A stretch of DNA of 64,000 nt, taken from positions 1,164-65,163 of the forward strand of contig JAGOPD010000007.1 in NCBI GenBank assembly GCA_017992175.1, read 5' to 3'. Each line of letters begins with the position of its first letter. Position 1 is the first letter of the stretch. A model generated the notes under the pieces. It did no database searches. It was not told the origin of the DNA and saw only the letters and a program-made list of their open reading frames with translations. Below are positions 18,790 through 28,032 of this stretch, one piece after another. A program made the position numbers and the translations under genes. This DNA is from Candidatus Saccharicenans sp. GTDB lineage: Bacteria > Acidobacteriota > Aminicenantia > Aminicenantales > Saccharicenantaceae.

Positions 18790-19686
18790 TTATAAGCCGC
18801 ATTTTTTGAGGATTCTCTGATAATTAGCCTCTACCTCGGCCTGAATCAAACCGATTTCTTCTTCCTTCAAATGGCGGAAACGCCCCTGGAGTTTTAGATA
18901 GTCAGTAATCGGTTTTCTTTCTTTAATTTTTAGGTTAAGCGTCCACTTTTCCCCCTCTTCTATTTCGTACAGAGGGAAATATCCGGTTTGAACGGCCAGC
19001 CTGGCCAGCTTGACCGTATCATCCGGCCGGCTCTTCCAGCCAGTTGGACAGGGGGCGTAAATATGAATAAACCTGGTTCCATGAATGTCCTTGGCCTTTT
19101 TAAATTTTTTTATCATATCTTCAGGATAAGCTATGCTGGCCGTGGCGATATAGGGGATGTCGTGGGCGGCCATAATCCCGATGATGTCTTTTTTCCTTTC
19201 CTTTTTATAATGCTTGACCGGGGTAGTTGTTGTCCAGGCGCCGAGAGGGGTAGCTGAGCTCCGCTGGATGCCGGTATTCATATAGGCCTCATTGTCATAA
19301 CAGGTATAGATGAAGTCTTCATTTCTTTCGGCTGCCCCGGACAGGGCCTGAATGCCGATATCAAAGGTCCCGCCATCACCAGCCCAGGCCATGACCGTGG
19401 TTTCTTTATCCCCGACCATGTCCAGACCGGCTCTGACCCCGCTGGCGGAAGAAGCCGCAGTTTCAAAAGCACAGTGGTAAATGGGCACATCCAGTGAGGA
19501 ATGGGGAAAAGGACCGTCAATGACCGACCAGCAGCAGGCAGGAACGCAGAGGATGGTTTTCTGACCGAGGGCTTTTAAGGCATATCTCATAGCTAAAGTC
19601 GCTCCACAGCCCTGACAGGCTAAATGGCCGGAGCTCATCAGCTCTTCTCTTGGTAAAGTTATGGTCATTTTTCTTTCTTTACTCAT
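18790..19686 (-). CDS. porB: 2-oxoacid:ferredoxin oxidoreductase beta subunit (TPP-binding)
   Basis: CQGCG near the N-terminus and the GDG...N TPP motif (AGDGGTFDIG). Last gene of a gamma-delta-alpha-beta operon. Confidence 0.9.
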   Translation of the reverse strand: MSKERKMTITLPREELMSSGHLACQGCGATLAMRYALKALGQKTILCVPACCWSVIDGPFPHSSLDVPIYHCAFETAASSASGVRAGLDMVGDKETTVMAWAGDGGTFDIGIQALSGAAERNEDFIYTCYDNEAYMNTGIQRSSATPLGAWTTTTPVKHYKKERKKDIIGIMAAHDIPYIATASIAYPEDMIKKFKKAKDIHGTRFIHIYAPCPTGWKSRPDDTVKLARLAVQTGYFPLYEIEEGEKWTLNLKIKERKPITDYLKLQGRFRHLKEEEIGLIQAEVEANYQRILKKCGL

Positions 19687-20837
19687 TTCTTTACTCCTAT
19701 CCAGACGATTTCTTCTTCGGGCCGGTCATGTTTGAGCGTATAATCAGCGATTTCCTTAAAAGACTCTTTAGTAATATCACGCCCGCCCAGTCCAGCAATG
19801 AAGCCAAAGATGGCTGGTGGTGACGGTTGTCCATACATAGCGGACTTAACTTCCTGATAGAAAATTCCATGATGCCCGTAAGAAATATTCCGGTCGAGAA
19901 CGGCCACTTTGGGCACCTTCGACAAAATCGAGCGGACTGGCTCAAAGGGGAAAGGACGGAAAAGCTTGATCCGGAGGTTGCCGGCTTTGATGCCCCGGGA
20001 TCTTAGTTCATCCACCGCTACCCGGGCGGTATAACCAGCTGTTCCAGAAGTGACCAGGACCAGTTCGGCCCCATCGCACTGGTAATTTTCAACCTGTCCG
20101 AGATAGCGTCCGAACATCTGTTCATATTCGCGGCCAGTTTCTTCAATCAGAGCCGGGACCTTTTCCATATCTTTCTGGAGCCGATAGCGAAGTTCCATAT
20201 AGTGATCAGAAGAAGTCAGCCCGCCGAAAGCATGAGGATCATCAGGTGTCAAACGGTAAGGCGGATTAAAGGGCGGAAGATAAGCATCAACTTTGGCCTG
20301 GTCGGGAATATCGACCACTTCATAGGTGTGGGAAAGGGCAAAAGCATCAAGGATGACCATGCTCGGGATCATCAATTTTTCTGATATTTTATAAGCCTGA
20401 ATGACTGTATCCACCACTTCCTGATTGGAAGAGCAATAGAATTGAATCCAGCCGGTGTCTCTCTGCGACAGGCTATCGTTCTGGTCAGTCCAGATGCTCC
20501 AGCCGGGAGCCATGGAGCGGTTGATGTCACCCATGACGACCGGCATCCGGCCGCCAGCTGCCCAGTGAAGCATTTCATGCATTAGAGCCAGACCCTGAGC
20601 CGAAGTGGCGGTAAAAGTTCTGGCTCCAGCCATCGAAGCTCCTAAACAGGCAGCCATAGCTGAGTGTTCAGATTCAACTTTGATAAATTTGGCCTCGAGC
20701 GTACCATCGGCACACATTTCAGACAGGAGTTCAACCACTTGAGTCTGGGGAGTAATCGGGTAGGCAGCAATAACCTGGGCCCTGGACAGCATGGCCCCGT
20801 AGGATAGGGCGTGGTTTCCCATAATTACTTTTTTCAT
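19683..20837 (-). CDS. porA: 2-oxoacid:ferredoxin oxidoreductase alpha subunit
   Basis: 384 aa with a PorA-type N-terminus (GNHALSYGAMLSRAQVIAAYPITPQT). Overlaps both neighbours by 4 nt. Confidence 0.9.
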   Translation of the reverse strand: MKKVIMGNHALSYGAMLSRAQVIAAYPITPQTQVVELLSEMCADGTLEAKFIKVESEHSAMAACLGASMAGARTFTATSAQGLALMHEMLHWAAGGRMPVVMGDINRSMAPGWSIWTDQNDSLSQRDTGWIQFYCSSNQEVVDTVIQAYKISEKLMIPSMVILDAFALSHTYEVVDIPDQAKVDAYLPPFNPPYRLTPDDPHAFGGLTSSDHYMELRYRLQKDMEKVPALIEETGREYEQMFGRYLGQVENYQCDGAELVLVTSGTAGYTARVAVDELRSRGIKAGNLRIKLFRPFPFEPVRSILSKVPKVAVLDRNISYGHHGIFYQEVKSAMYGQPSPPAIFGFIAGLGGRDITKESFKEIADYTLKHDRPEEEIVWIGVKK

Positions 20838-21148
20838 TTTTCCTCCTCAACCATGACAATGCATTTTTCCGGGCACTCTTCAGCACAAATGCCGCAGCCC
20901 TTGCAGAAATCGTAGTTAATTTGAGGCCACTCCTCAACGATGTCGATCGAAGTATCGGGGCAAAATTTCCAGCAAATACCGCATTTTATACATTTGGATA
21001 AATCTATAACTGGCTTGATATTCCGCCAGGCGCCAGTCTTGTTGTAGAGCATCGAACCAAGAGACATGGCCACCGGCGGCATCTCTGTTTCCGACACAAA
21101 AATTATTCTTTTATCATCTTTCTTTTTGCTCATCGCTTCCTCCTTCAA
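20834..21148 (-). CDS. porD: 2-oxoacid:ferredoxin oxidoreductase delta subunit (2x[4Fe-4S])
   Basis: 104 aa with CIKCGICWKFCP and CKGCGICAEECP. Confidence 0.9.
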   Translation of the reverse strand: MKEEAMSKKKDDKRIIFVSETEMPPVAMSLGSMLYNKTGAWRNIKPVIDLSKCIKCGICWKFCPDTSIDIVEEWPQINYDFCKGCGICAEECPEKCIVMVEEEK

Positions 21149-21687
21149 GCTTTTTCATAAGCTTCAATGGCTGCCTGCACATTTTCCTCAGGCTTCTGCG
21201 GCACGCCTTCTTTGATAGCTGCGACCAGCGATTCCAGTTTGGTCAACTTTAATATTTTGACCACGGCCCCGACAATAGCCGTATTAACAATCGGAGCAGC
21301 CAGCGTCCCGAGTTTGTGCCGGACAGCTATTTCGGTGGCATCAATGGTAAAGACCTTGAATCTGTCAGGAAACTTGAATTCCTCCGGCTTCTTCGGGCTG
21401 TTGATGATGATATAGCCGCCATCTTTAAGACCTTCAGTGACATCAATGGCTTCAACCAGGGTCGGATCGACCACCACCACATGATCAGGATAATAAATCC
21501 GGCTTTTGTCATAGATTGGCTGATGATCAATGCGAATAAAGGCAAAGACCGGTGCCCCCCGGCGTTCAACCCCGAACTCCGGATAAGCCTGAACGAAATT
21601 GCCTTCTTTGGCCAGGGCATCAGCCAGAATTTTTGAGGCTACGACCGTCCCCTGGCCGCCTCGTCCATGGAAACGAATTTCAATCAT
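21145..21687 (-). CDS. porG: 2-oxoacid:ferredoxin oxidoreductase gamma subunit
   Basis: 180 aa starting MIEIRFHGRGGQGTV, typical of the gamma subunit. Confidence 0.9.
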   Translation of the reverse strand: MIEIRFHGRGGQGTVVASKILADALAKEGNFVQAYPEFGVERRGAPVFAFIRIDHQPIYDKSRIYYPDHVVVVDPTLVEAIDVTEGLKDGGYIIINSPKKPEEFKFPDRFKVFTIDATEIAVRHKLGTLAAPIVNTAIVGAVVKILKLTKLESLVAAIKEGVPQKPEENVQAAIEAYEKA

Positions 21688-21909
21688 CTACCTCTCCTTT
21701 ATCTGATATAGTCCACTATGATTTAAACTAACTGCCCCGCTGGCCAGAAAAATAACTCCGGCTGGTAACAGCGGTTCAGATTGGCTGAATCAGCCACCCG
21801 GAATAATTCCCGGGCATAATCTAAAAAAGACTCCTCTTTTTCCCCGATAATTTTTGAATTCATAATGATTTAGACTATTCAATAATTAGGATTTAGTTTA
21901 GACTTTAGC

Positions 21910-22821
21910 TCAGTCAGTGTCAAGAAAATCATATCTGTTACGGCCGAGTTCAGCCCTGGTCCCTTTTTTCAGGAGATTGAGATAAAGATTTTTCAAGCGC
22001 AGGGCATCAGCTTCCCGGGCAGGGCTCTCATCAATAATAGTCCCTTTAATACCAGCTTCAAATAAAGCCTGGAGCCAGTCATCATAGTGAAACTCTGATT
22101 CGTCAAGATTGATATGCTTGATTTCTCCATGCTGATTAAAAATAACCCCTGAAATGTGAATATGGGCTGTACTGAGAGCCCGGCGGCCGAGCTTTTTTTC
22201 TACTTTTCTCAGGACCTGAGAAAAGTCCCGGTAGGAATTGATTTTTCCTTCGCGGGACAGAATATGGGCAAAATCAAGGCAAGGTGAAAGGCCATCGAGC
22301 TCCCGGCAAAGGGACAGGACCTCATCCAGGCTGCCAAACTGCTGCCTTTTGCCCATAGTTTCAATTCTCAGCCTGGCCGGTATCTTTTCCAGCCGGCTGA
22401 TGGACAGGATATCTTTCAAGCTATCTTTAATCCGGCTGTAAGCTTCTGCCGGTGTCTTGCGGCCGTAATAGCCAGCATGGAAAACCAGATCAGAGGCACC
22501 GGCCGAGGCTGCCAGCCGCAGGGAATTAAGCAGTAATTCCTGGCTTCGCATCCTCTGACCCGGATCTTCAGCGTTCAGGTTTATAAAATAGGGAGCGTGA
22601 GCGCTGAGCTTGATCCCCAGCTGGCTGGCTTTTATTTTAATCTGGTCAGCTGTTTCCTGGCCCATTCTAAGCCCCTGGACAAACTCCAGTTCCAGAGCTT
22701 CAAGACCAATAGAAACCAGATAATCTATGGCTCGAAGCGAGGAATTTCCAGGGCAGGAATGAGGGATCCCGGCTACACCGAAGCGAAGATCATCAGAGGC
22801 AGGAGTCATCAGCCTTTCCAT
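21910..22821 (-). CDS. xylose-isomerase-like TIM-barrel protein (AP endonuclease family 2 / endonuclease IV-like)
   Basis: Pattern of His/Asp/Glu metal ligands (SAHAPY, VFHAGY, RIETMG, DFAH, HIH). The start may be the internal ATG at 22809. Overlaps the thiC 3' end. Confidence 0.65.
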   Translation of the reverse strand: MERLMTPASDDLRFGVAGIPHSCPGNSSLRAIDYLVSIGLEALELEFVQGLRMGQETADQIKIKASQLGIKLSAHAPYFINLNAEDPGQRMRSQELLLNSLRLAASAGASDLVFHAGYYGRKTPAEAYSRIKDSLKDILSISRLEKIPARLRIETMGKRQQFGSLDEVLSLCRELDGLSPCLDFAHILSREGKINSYRDFSQVLRKVEKKLGRRALSTAHIHISGVIFNQHGEIKHINLDESEFHYDDWLQALFEAGIKGTIIDESPAREADALRLKNLYLNLLKKGTRAELGRNRYDFLDTD

Positions 22822-24094
22822 TTAAAAACTCGCTGACGATTTTCATCGCACAGAATTCGCCACACATGGAGCAGGCTGTAGTTTTTGATTTTCTCCGTTT
22901 TCTGATTTCACCAAATTTTATGGGGTCAATGGCCAGCTTTTGCTGGGTTTCCCAGTCAAGTTTTTTTCTGGCCCGGGAAAGCTTATGATCTCTGTCAATT
23001 GCTCCGGGCAGCCCCTTAACAATATCAGCCGCGTGTCCGGCTATCCTGGCCGCAATCAACCCGTCCTTGACATCCTCGAGCGAAGGCAGGCCAAGATGCT
23101 CGGCTGGAGTCACGTAGCAAAGAAAATCGGCACCGGCCGAGGCCGCAATCGCCCCTCCAATAGCCGAGACAATATGGTCATAACCAGGAGCAATGTCAGT
23201 CACTAAGGGTCCCAGAACATAGAAGGGCGCCTGTTCACAGACTCTTTTTTCGAGCTTGATATTCATTGCTATTTGATCGAGGGGAACATGTCCCGGCCCC
23301 TCCACCATCACCTGAACACCGGCCTGGCGGGCTCTTTTAACCAGCTCTCCCAGGGTCAGTAGCTCTTCAATCTGCGGCCGGTCAGTAGCATCATAAATCG
23401 CCCCGGGCCTTAAGCCATCGCCAAGACTTAAGGTTACATCATATTTTTGAGCTAAATCGAGCAGCCGGTCAAAATTAGCATAGAGGGGATTCTCTTTCTG
23501 ATGATGAAGCATCCAGGCTAAATGAAAGGCGCCGCCCCGGGAAACGATATCAGCCACCCTTCCTTGCTTCTTCAGCCGGTCCACTGCCTTAAGAGTCAGG
23601 CCGCAGTGAACAGTCATAAAATCCACTCCTTCTTCTGCCTGATCTCTTATCGTCTGGAAGAGATCATCCCCGGTCATTTTGACTATCGAGCCCCGTTTTT
23701 CTATGGCTTCAATTGCTGCCTGATAGACCGGTACAGTCCCTAAGGGGACGGTAGAAAGAGCCAGCAGTTTTTTTCTAATGCTCTTAATCTTGCCTCCGGT
23801 GCTCAAATCCATGATGGCGTCAGTCTGGTATTTGAGGCTTAATTTTAGTTTGGCTATTTCACTCTGGAGGTCGGGATAATCCCGGGAAGTTCCCAGATTG
23901 ACGTTGACCTTGGTCCTCATTTTCCGGCCAATAGCCACTGGGCGGACCGATCTGTGTCTTTTATTATAGGGGATAACTACCTGTCCGCTGGCTAAGAGTG
24001 ACACAAGCTCATCAGGATGAATATCCTCTTCGGCGCTGATTTTCTTGAAGAGCGGAGTCAAAATACCTTTTCTTGCTTGCTCGACCAGGGTCAT
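22793..24094 (-). CDS. thiC: phosphomethylpyrimidine synthase (short ThiC form; a ThiC-like BzaF paralog is not excluded)
   Basis: 433 aa with ThiC-family motifs throughout and the C-terminal [11 protein letters not shown] radical-SAM-type cluster motif. Confidence 0.8.
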   Translation of the reverse strand: MTLVEQARKGILTPLFKKISAEEDIHPDELVSLLASGQVVIPYNKRHRSVRPVAIGRKMRTKVNVNLGTSRDYPDLQSEIAKLKLSLKYQTDAIMDLSTGGKIKSIRKKLLALSTVPLGTVPVYQAAIEAIEKRGSIVKMTGDDLFQTIRDQAEEGVDFMTVHCGLTLKAVDRLKKQGRVADIVSRGGAFHLAWMLHHQKENPLYANFDRLLDLAQKYDVTLSLGDGLRPGAIYDATDRPQIEELLTLGELVKRARQAGVQVMVEGPGHVPLDQIAMNIKLEKRVCEQAPFYVLGPLVTDIAPGYDHIVSAIGGAIAASAGADFLCYVTPAEHLGLPSLEDVKDGLIAARIAGHAADIVKGLPGAIDRDHKLSRARKKLDWETQQKLAIDPIKFGEIRKRRKSKTTACSMCGEFCAMKIVSEFLNGKADDSCL

Positions 24095-24134
24095 GATTTT
24101 GGCTCTCTTTCTGACTGGATATTCTTAAAAATTC

Positions 24135-24163
24135 AGTATAGTTTACCCCCTGAAAAGTGTCAA
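24135..24163 (-). promoter_or_regulatory. sigma70-type promoter for thiC
   Basis: On the minus strand: TTGACA (24163-24158), a 17-nt spacer, then TATACT (24140-24135). It lies about 40 nt upstream of the thiC ATG. Confidence 0.5.
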
Positions 24164-24314
24164 GGAAACCGGCCTGCCTGAGTTTACAAATGAACAGATA
24201 ACTGGTAAATTTATTAAAAAGGAGCAAAAAGCGGTTTGATTGCCATTTAGTGCCGCTGATCGAAAGGCTGACTGCAGCCAGCTCCTGATTTATTACTGAA
24301 GGTGAGGTTTCAGG

Positions 24315-24941
24315 GTGATCAGAATAATTGCCGGCCGGTATAAGGGCCGGGTTCTCAGACTGGTCAGAAGCCCGCTGGTCCGGCCTTTGCCAGCCAAACT
24401 CCGCGGCTCGCTGTTTAATATCCTGCAGGAAAGAATTGCCGAGACCAGTTTTCTGGACGGCTTTGCCGGCACCGGTTCGGTTGGCCTGGAAGCTCTCAGC
24501 CGAGGAGCCCGGCGGGCAGTCTTTATAGAAGAATTGCCGTTAGCCGCTAAAACGATTGAAGCCAATCTTAAAAAATGCGGGGCCGATGACCAGGCTCTGG
24601 TCATCAACCGGGAATTTAACCGGGCTATCATTGACCTGGCTAAAAAAAAGGTATCTTTTGACCTTATTTTTCTTGATCCTCCCTATAAGCTTCTGGCTGA
24701 CCGGAATCCTTTAAAAGTCATCAGGAAAAGGCAGATTCTCAAGCCTGATGGCTTGCTTGTTATCCGTCATCACCGCCGTTATTCTCCCTCGAAAGATGAC
24801 TTTGAACTGATTCGGCGGGTAGATTTTGGTGATGATATTTTCTCCATTTATTCAGGTAAAACAGTCACCAGTCAGGGCAGCCAGGAGGAGCGGAAAGTCA
24901 AGCCTGGTAAAATAAAAAAAGTTAAGAGTGAGCCAAAATGA
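24315..24941 (+). CDS. rsmD: 16S rRNA (guanine966-N2)-methyltransferase RsmD
   Basis: IIAGRYKGR N-terminus, SAM motif DGFAGTGSVGLEALSRGA and catalytic DPPY. It also has a Lys-rich C-terminal tail. Confidence 0.85.
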   Translation: MIRIIAGRYKGRVLRLVRSPLVRPLPAKLRGSLFNILQERIAETSFLDGFAGTGSVGLEALSRGARRAVFIEELPLAAKTIEANLKKCGADDQALVINREFNRAIIDLAKKKVSFDLIFLDPPYKLLADRNPLKVIRKRQILKPDGLLVIRHHRRYSPSKDDFELIRRVDFGDDIFSIYSGKTVTSQGSQEERKVKPGKIKKVKSEPK

Positions 24942-25801
24942 CAGATCAGGACGATAAGCGAAATCCTTTCCCGGCCGGGGAGCCTGGCCTCAAGGAAGAT
25001 GAGATCTTTTCCGGTTTGGGGCCGGCTCGCGGGTCATTGCTCTTTCTTGGCCGGTACACGCTTAAAGAGGTCATGGGAGTTCTGGCCAAAAAGGGTTTTT
25101 TCCGCGAAGCTAAGAAAAGAAACCTCTGGCCCCTCAAATACCGTCTCGATTCTTCTGATTATCCCGTGCAGCGATTGCTGATCTACTGGGAGAAAGAGGA
25201 TCCAGCCAGGGTCATCGTTGATTTGAAGATAAAAGAAAGCGAGACCAGATTTCTTGCCCCGGAAAAACACGGCTTTACCTTGCCGCCTCAACATGCCCTG
25301 TTATTTGAATGGCTGACCCTGCAGAATCCCCGGGTGGAATTTATCGGCCGCCATGGACCACTTCCTGGCCAGACCAGGCCGGGCCTAAGCCTGTCAAAAA
25401 AGGTGCTTGAGATTTTTCTTTATTTATCAAAACTGATTGATTTAGAGGTGCTGGTGGCTTTTCCGGCCTATTTTCACAATGCCCTGCTTTTTTCCAGGTA
25501 CCTTTATTTTGTCAATCCCATTAAGGAAGGCGAGATCAAAGCTATCCGCCGCCAGTTCAGTCATGTTCCTTTCCGGCAGTTAGCCTGGGCGGTTTATCTC
25601 GGCTGCCTCCAGAGGGAAACTGGCCAGGTCTACGACTGGCAGGCCGAAGAACAGGTTTATCCTTTAAGCGAGTCATTAAAAGAGTATATTAATTCAAAAG
25701 TCTATAAGGAAATCGCCCGGCACGTTGAAAAAACTTCCCGTTTCAATCTTGACCACCAGCTGCTTCAGGAAAAAAGTCAAAAGGCCGGCCTTCTTTACTG
25801 A
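24938..25801 (+). CDS. conserved-looking hypothetical protein (287 aa)
   Basis: Start overlaps the rsmD stop (ATGA). Globular composition with no motif I can name. Confidence 0.55.
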   Translation: MTDQDDKRNPFPAGEPGLKEDEIFSGLGPARGSLLFLGRYTLKEVMGVLAKKGFFREAKKRNLWPLKYRLDSSDYPVQRLLIYWEKEDPARVIVDLKIKESETRFLAPEKHGFTLPPQHALLFEWLTLQNPRVEFIGRHGPLPGQTRPGLSLSKKVLEIFLYLSKLIDLEVLVAFPAYFHNALLFSRYLYFVNPIKEGEIKAIRRQFSHVPFRQLAWAVYLGCLQRETGQVYDWQAEEQVYPLSESLKEYINSKVYKEIARHVEKTSRFNLDHQLLQEKSQKAGLLY

Positions 25802-25848
25802 CCAGGTCAAACCTGCTATAATCAAGGGCCTGAAGAGGAGAGAAGCGT

Positions 25849-26058
25849 ATGAAAAAAGGAATTCATCCAGAATATCAGGAATGCACGGTGATTTGTGCCT
25901 GCGGCAATACTTTTAAGACCAGATCAACCAAGAAAGAAATCAGGGTAGAAATCTGTTCCCAGTGTCATCCCTTCTTCACCGGCAAGCAGAAGCTCATGGA
26001 TACGGCCGGCCGGGTGGAGAAATTCAGGAAAAAATATGCCGCTAAAGCCAAAAAATAA
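25849..26058 (+). CDS. rpmE: 50S ribosomal protein L31 (Zn-ribbon type)
   Basis: MKKGIHPEY start, with CxC...CxxC cysteines. Confidence 0.95.
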   Translation: MKKGIHPEYQECTVICACGNTFKTRSTKKEIRVEICSQCHPFFTGKQKLMDTAGRVEKFRKKYAAKAKK

Positions 26059-26063
26059 TCGAA

Positions 26064-27167
26064 ATGCTTCAGGAATTAAAGACTGCCGCGGAAAGATACA
26101 GGCAGCTTATCTCCCTTCTCTCTGATCCGGCGGTTACCTCCAATCCTCAGAAAATCAAGGAATTAGCCCGGGAGCGGGCCGAGCTTGAACCCCTGATCAA
26201 AAAGTATGACGAATATAAAAAGGTAGAAAAAGAACTGGGGGAATCAAATTCAATTCTGGCTGAAGCCAGCTCTGATCCGGAGCTAAAACATCTGGCTGAA
26301 GCCGAACTCGAGTCGTTAAAGTCCAAAAAAGATTCCTTAGAAAAAGAACTGAAGCTGATGCTTCTGCCCAAAGATCCCAATGACGAAAAGAATGTCATTC
26401 TGGAAATCAGGGCTGGCGCCGGCGGGGACGAAGCCTCGCTTTTTGCTCAGGATTTGCTGCGGATGTACACCCGTTATGCCGAGCAAATGGGCTGGAAATG
26501 GGAGCTAATGGATGTTAGTTACTCTCCTATCGGCGGAATCAAAGAAGCTATAATCAATATTCAGGGTAAAAAAGTCTATTCCCGTCTTAAATATGAAAGC
26601 GGGGTTCACCGTGTTCAGCGGGTGCCCAAAACTGAAGCTTCCGGCCGGATTCATACCTCGACGGCGACGGTGGCCGTTCTGCCTGAAGCTGAGGACATTG
26701 ACCTCAAAATTGATCCCAAGGATTTGAAAATAGAGGCCTTTGGAGCCTCAGGGCCAGGTGGCCAAAATGTTAACCGCAATTATACCGCTATCCGGATTAC
26801 TCATCGGCCTTCCGGCCTGGTCGTTTCCTGCCAGGACGAAAAATCCCAGCACCGTAACAAGGAAAAGGCCCTTAAAATTTTAAGAACCAGGCTGATGGAT
26901 ATGGCTCAGCAGGAACAACACAGCCGGATTTCTCAGGACCGAAGGCGGCAGGTAGGAAGCGGCGAACGCAGCGAAAAAATCAGAACTTATAATTTCCCAC
27001 AATCGAGGCTTACCGATCACCGGCTGAATGAGAGTTTTTACAACCTGGAAGCCATCATGGATGGTGACCTGAGCGAACTCATTGAGAAACTGGTCATCTA
27101 TTATCAGGCCAGGGCCTTAGAAGAAGATAAATCTCAGGAAACTTTAAATCAGCCACTTGAACTCTAA
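26064..27167 (+). CDS. prfA: peptide chain release factor 1
   Basis: GGQ motif (SGPGGQNVN) and an RF1-type PxT tripeptide (QRVPKTE). Confidence 0.95.
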   Translation: MLQELKTAAERYRQLISLLSDPAVTSNPQKIKELARERAELEPLIKKYDEYKKVEKELGESNSILAEASSDPELKHLAEAELESLKSKKDSLEKELKLMLLPKDPNDEKNVILEIRAGAGGDEASLFAQDLLRMYTRYAEQMGWKWELMDVSYSPIGGIKEAIINIQGKKVYSRLKYESGVHRVQRVPKTEASGRIHTSTATVAVLPEAEDIDLKIDPKDLKIEAFGASGPGGQNVNRNYTAIRITHRPSGLVVSCQDEKSQHRNKEKALKILRTRLMDMAQQEQHSRISQDRRRQVGSGERSEKIRTYNFPQSRLTDHRLNESFYNLEAIMDGDLSELIEKLVIYYQARALEEDKSQETLNQPLEL

Positions 27168-28008
27168 GAATTTAGAACAGCTTTTCCGGGAGACTGCCGC
27201 CAGGTTGTCCTCCAGTTCCTGCCCCTTTCTTGAAGCCCGCCTTCTGATTCAGGCAGCTGCGAAGATGGATGAGTCTGAATTTTTTAGAAGACTGTCTGAA
27301 CCGGTCAAGCTATCGCTCGAAAAAAGGCTAAATCAGCTGGTAAGGAAAAGGCTTGACGGCTGGCCGGTAGCTTACCTTCTTGGCCGGAGAGAATTCTGGG
27401 GCCTGCCCTTCCGGGTTGACCGCTCGGTTCTGATTCCCAGGCCGGAAACTGAGCTGGTGGTAGAAAGAGCTCTGTCTCTCCCGCTGCCTCCAGAGCCGCT
27501 AATTCTTGATCTGGGGACTGGCTCAGGAAACATTGCGATTTCCCTGGGTAAGGAGCTGCCCTCGGCCAGAATCATAGCTACCGATATTTCTTTAAGAGCC
27601 CTGAAGCTGGCCGCTGAAAATGCCCGGCTGAATGAGGTAACTAATATCAGATTTATTAAGAGCAACCTGTTTAAGGCTTTTGAACAGAGCCAGTTGATTT
27701 TTGATCTGATTGTCAGCAATCCGCCTTATGTAGCTCAGGACGACTGGCAGAAACTGGACCGGCCGGTTAAAGATTTTGAACCCAGAAAAGCCCTGATTGC
27801 CGGTCGGGATGGATTGAAATTTATCAGACAGATGGTAAGAAAAGCCGGCACATTTCTAAAGCCAGGCGGCTTTCTCGTCCTGGAAGTTGGCGCCGGGCAG
27901 GAAGCGGAAATAACCAGGTGTTTAGAGCCTGATTGGAGCGAGATTGAGGTGCTGTCTGACTATTCGGGATTTCCGCGGGTCGTCTCGGCCAGGAGGGTGT
28001 CCGGCTAA
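27157..28008 (+). CDS. prmC: release-factor glutamine methyltransferase
   Basis: SAM motif DLGTGSG and NPPY. Directly follows prfA with an 11-nt overlap. Confidence 0.9.
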   Translation: MNSKNLEQLFRETAARLSSSSCPFLEARLLIQAAAKMDESEFFRRLSEPVKLSLEKRLNQLVRKRLDGWPVAYLLGRREFWGLPFRVDRSVLIPRPETELVVERALSLPLPPEPLILDLGTGSGNIAISLGKELPSARIIATDISLRALKLAAENARLNEVTNIRFIKSNLFKAFEQSQLIFDLIVSNPPYVAQDDWQKLDRPVKDFEPRKALIAGRDGLKFIRQMVRKAGTFLKPGGFLVLEVGAGQEAEITRCLEPDWSEIEVLSDYSGFPRVVSARRVSG

Positions 28009-28032
28009 TGGCGGCTGTTAAAAATTGAAGCC

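Noticed and set aside
24012-24227. A 71-aa ORF on the minus strand spanning the thiC promoter region.
   Set aside because: It overlaps the thiC 5' end and the promoter elements, starts at a TTG without an RBS, and encodes a low-complexity product. Most likely spurious.
24095-24314. A TPP (THI-box) riboswitch expected upstream of thiC.
   Set aside because: I read the full spacer on the thiC strand. It has no CUGAGA, no GGGG..ACCC P2/P3 arrangement and no pyrophosphate-helix consensus. A strong promoter also sits only about 40 nt from the ATG. Reported as an absence, not as a feature.
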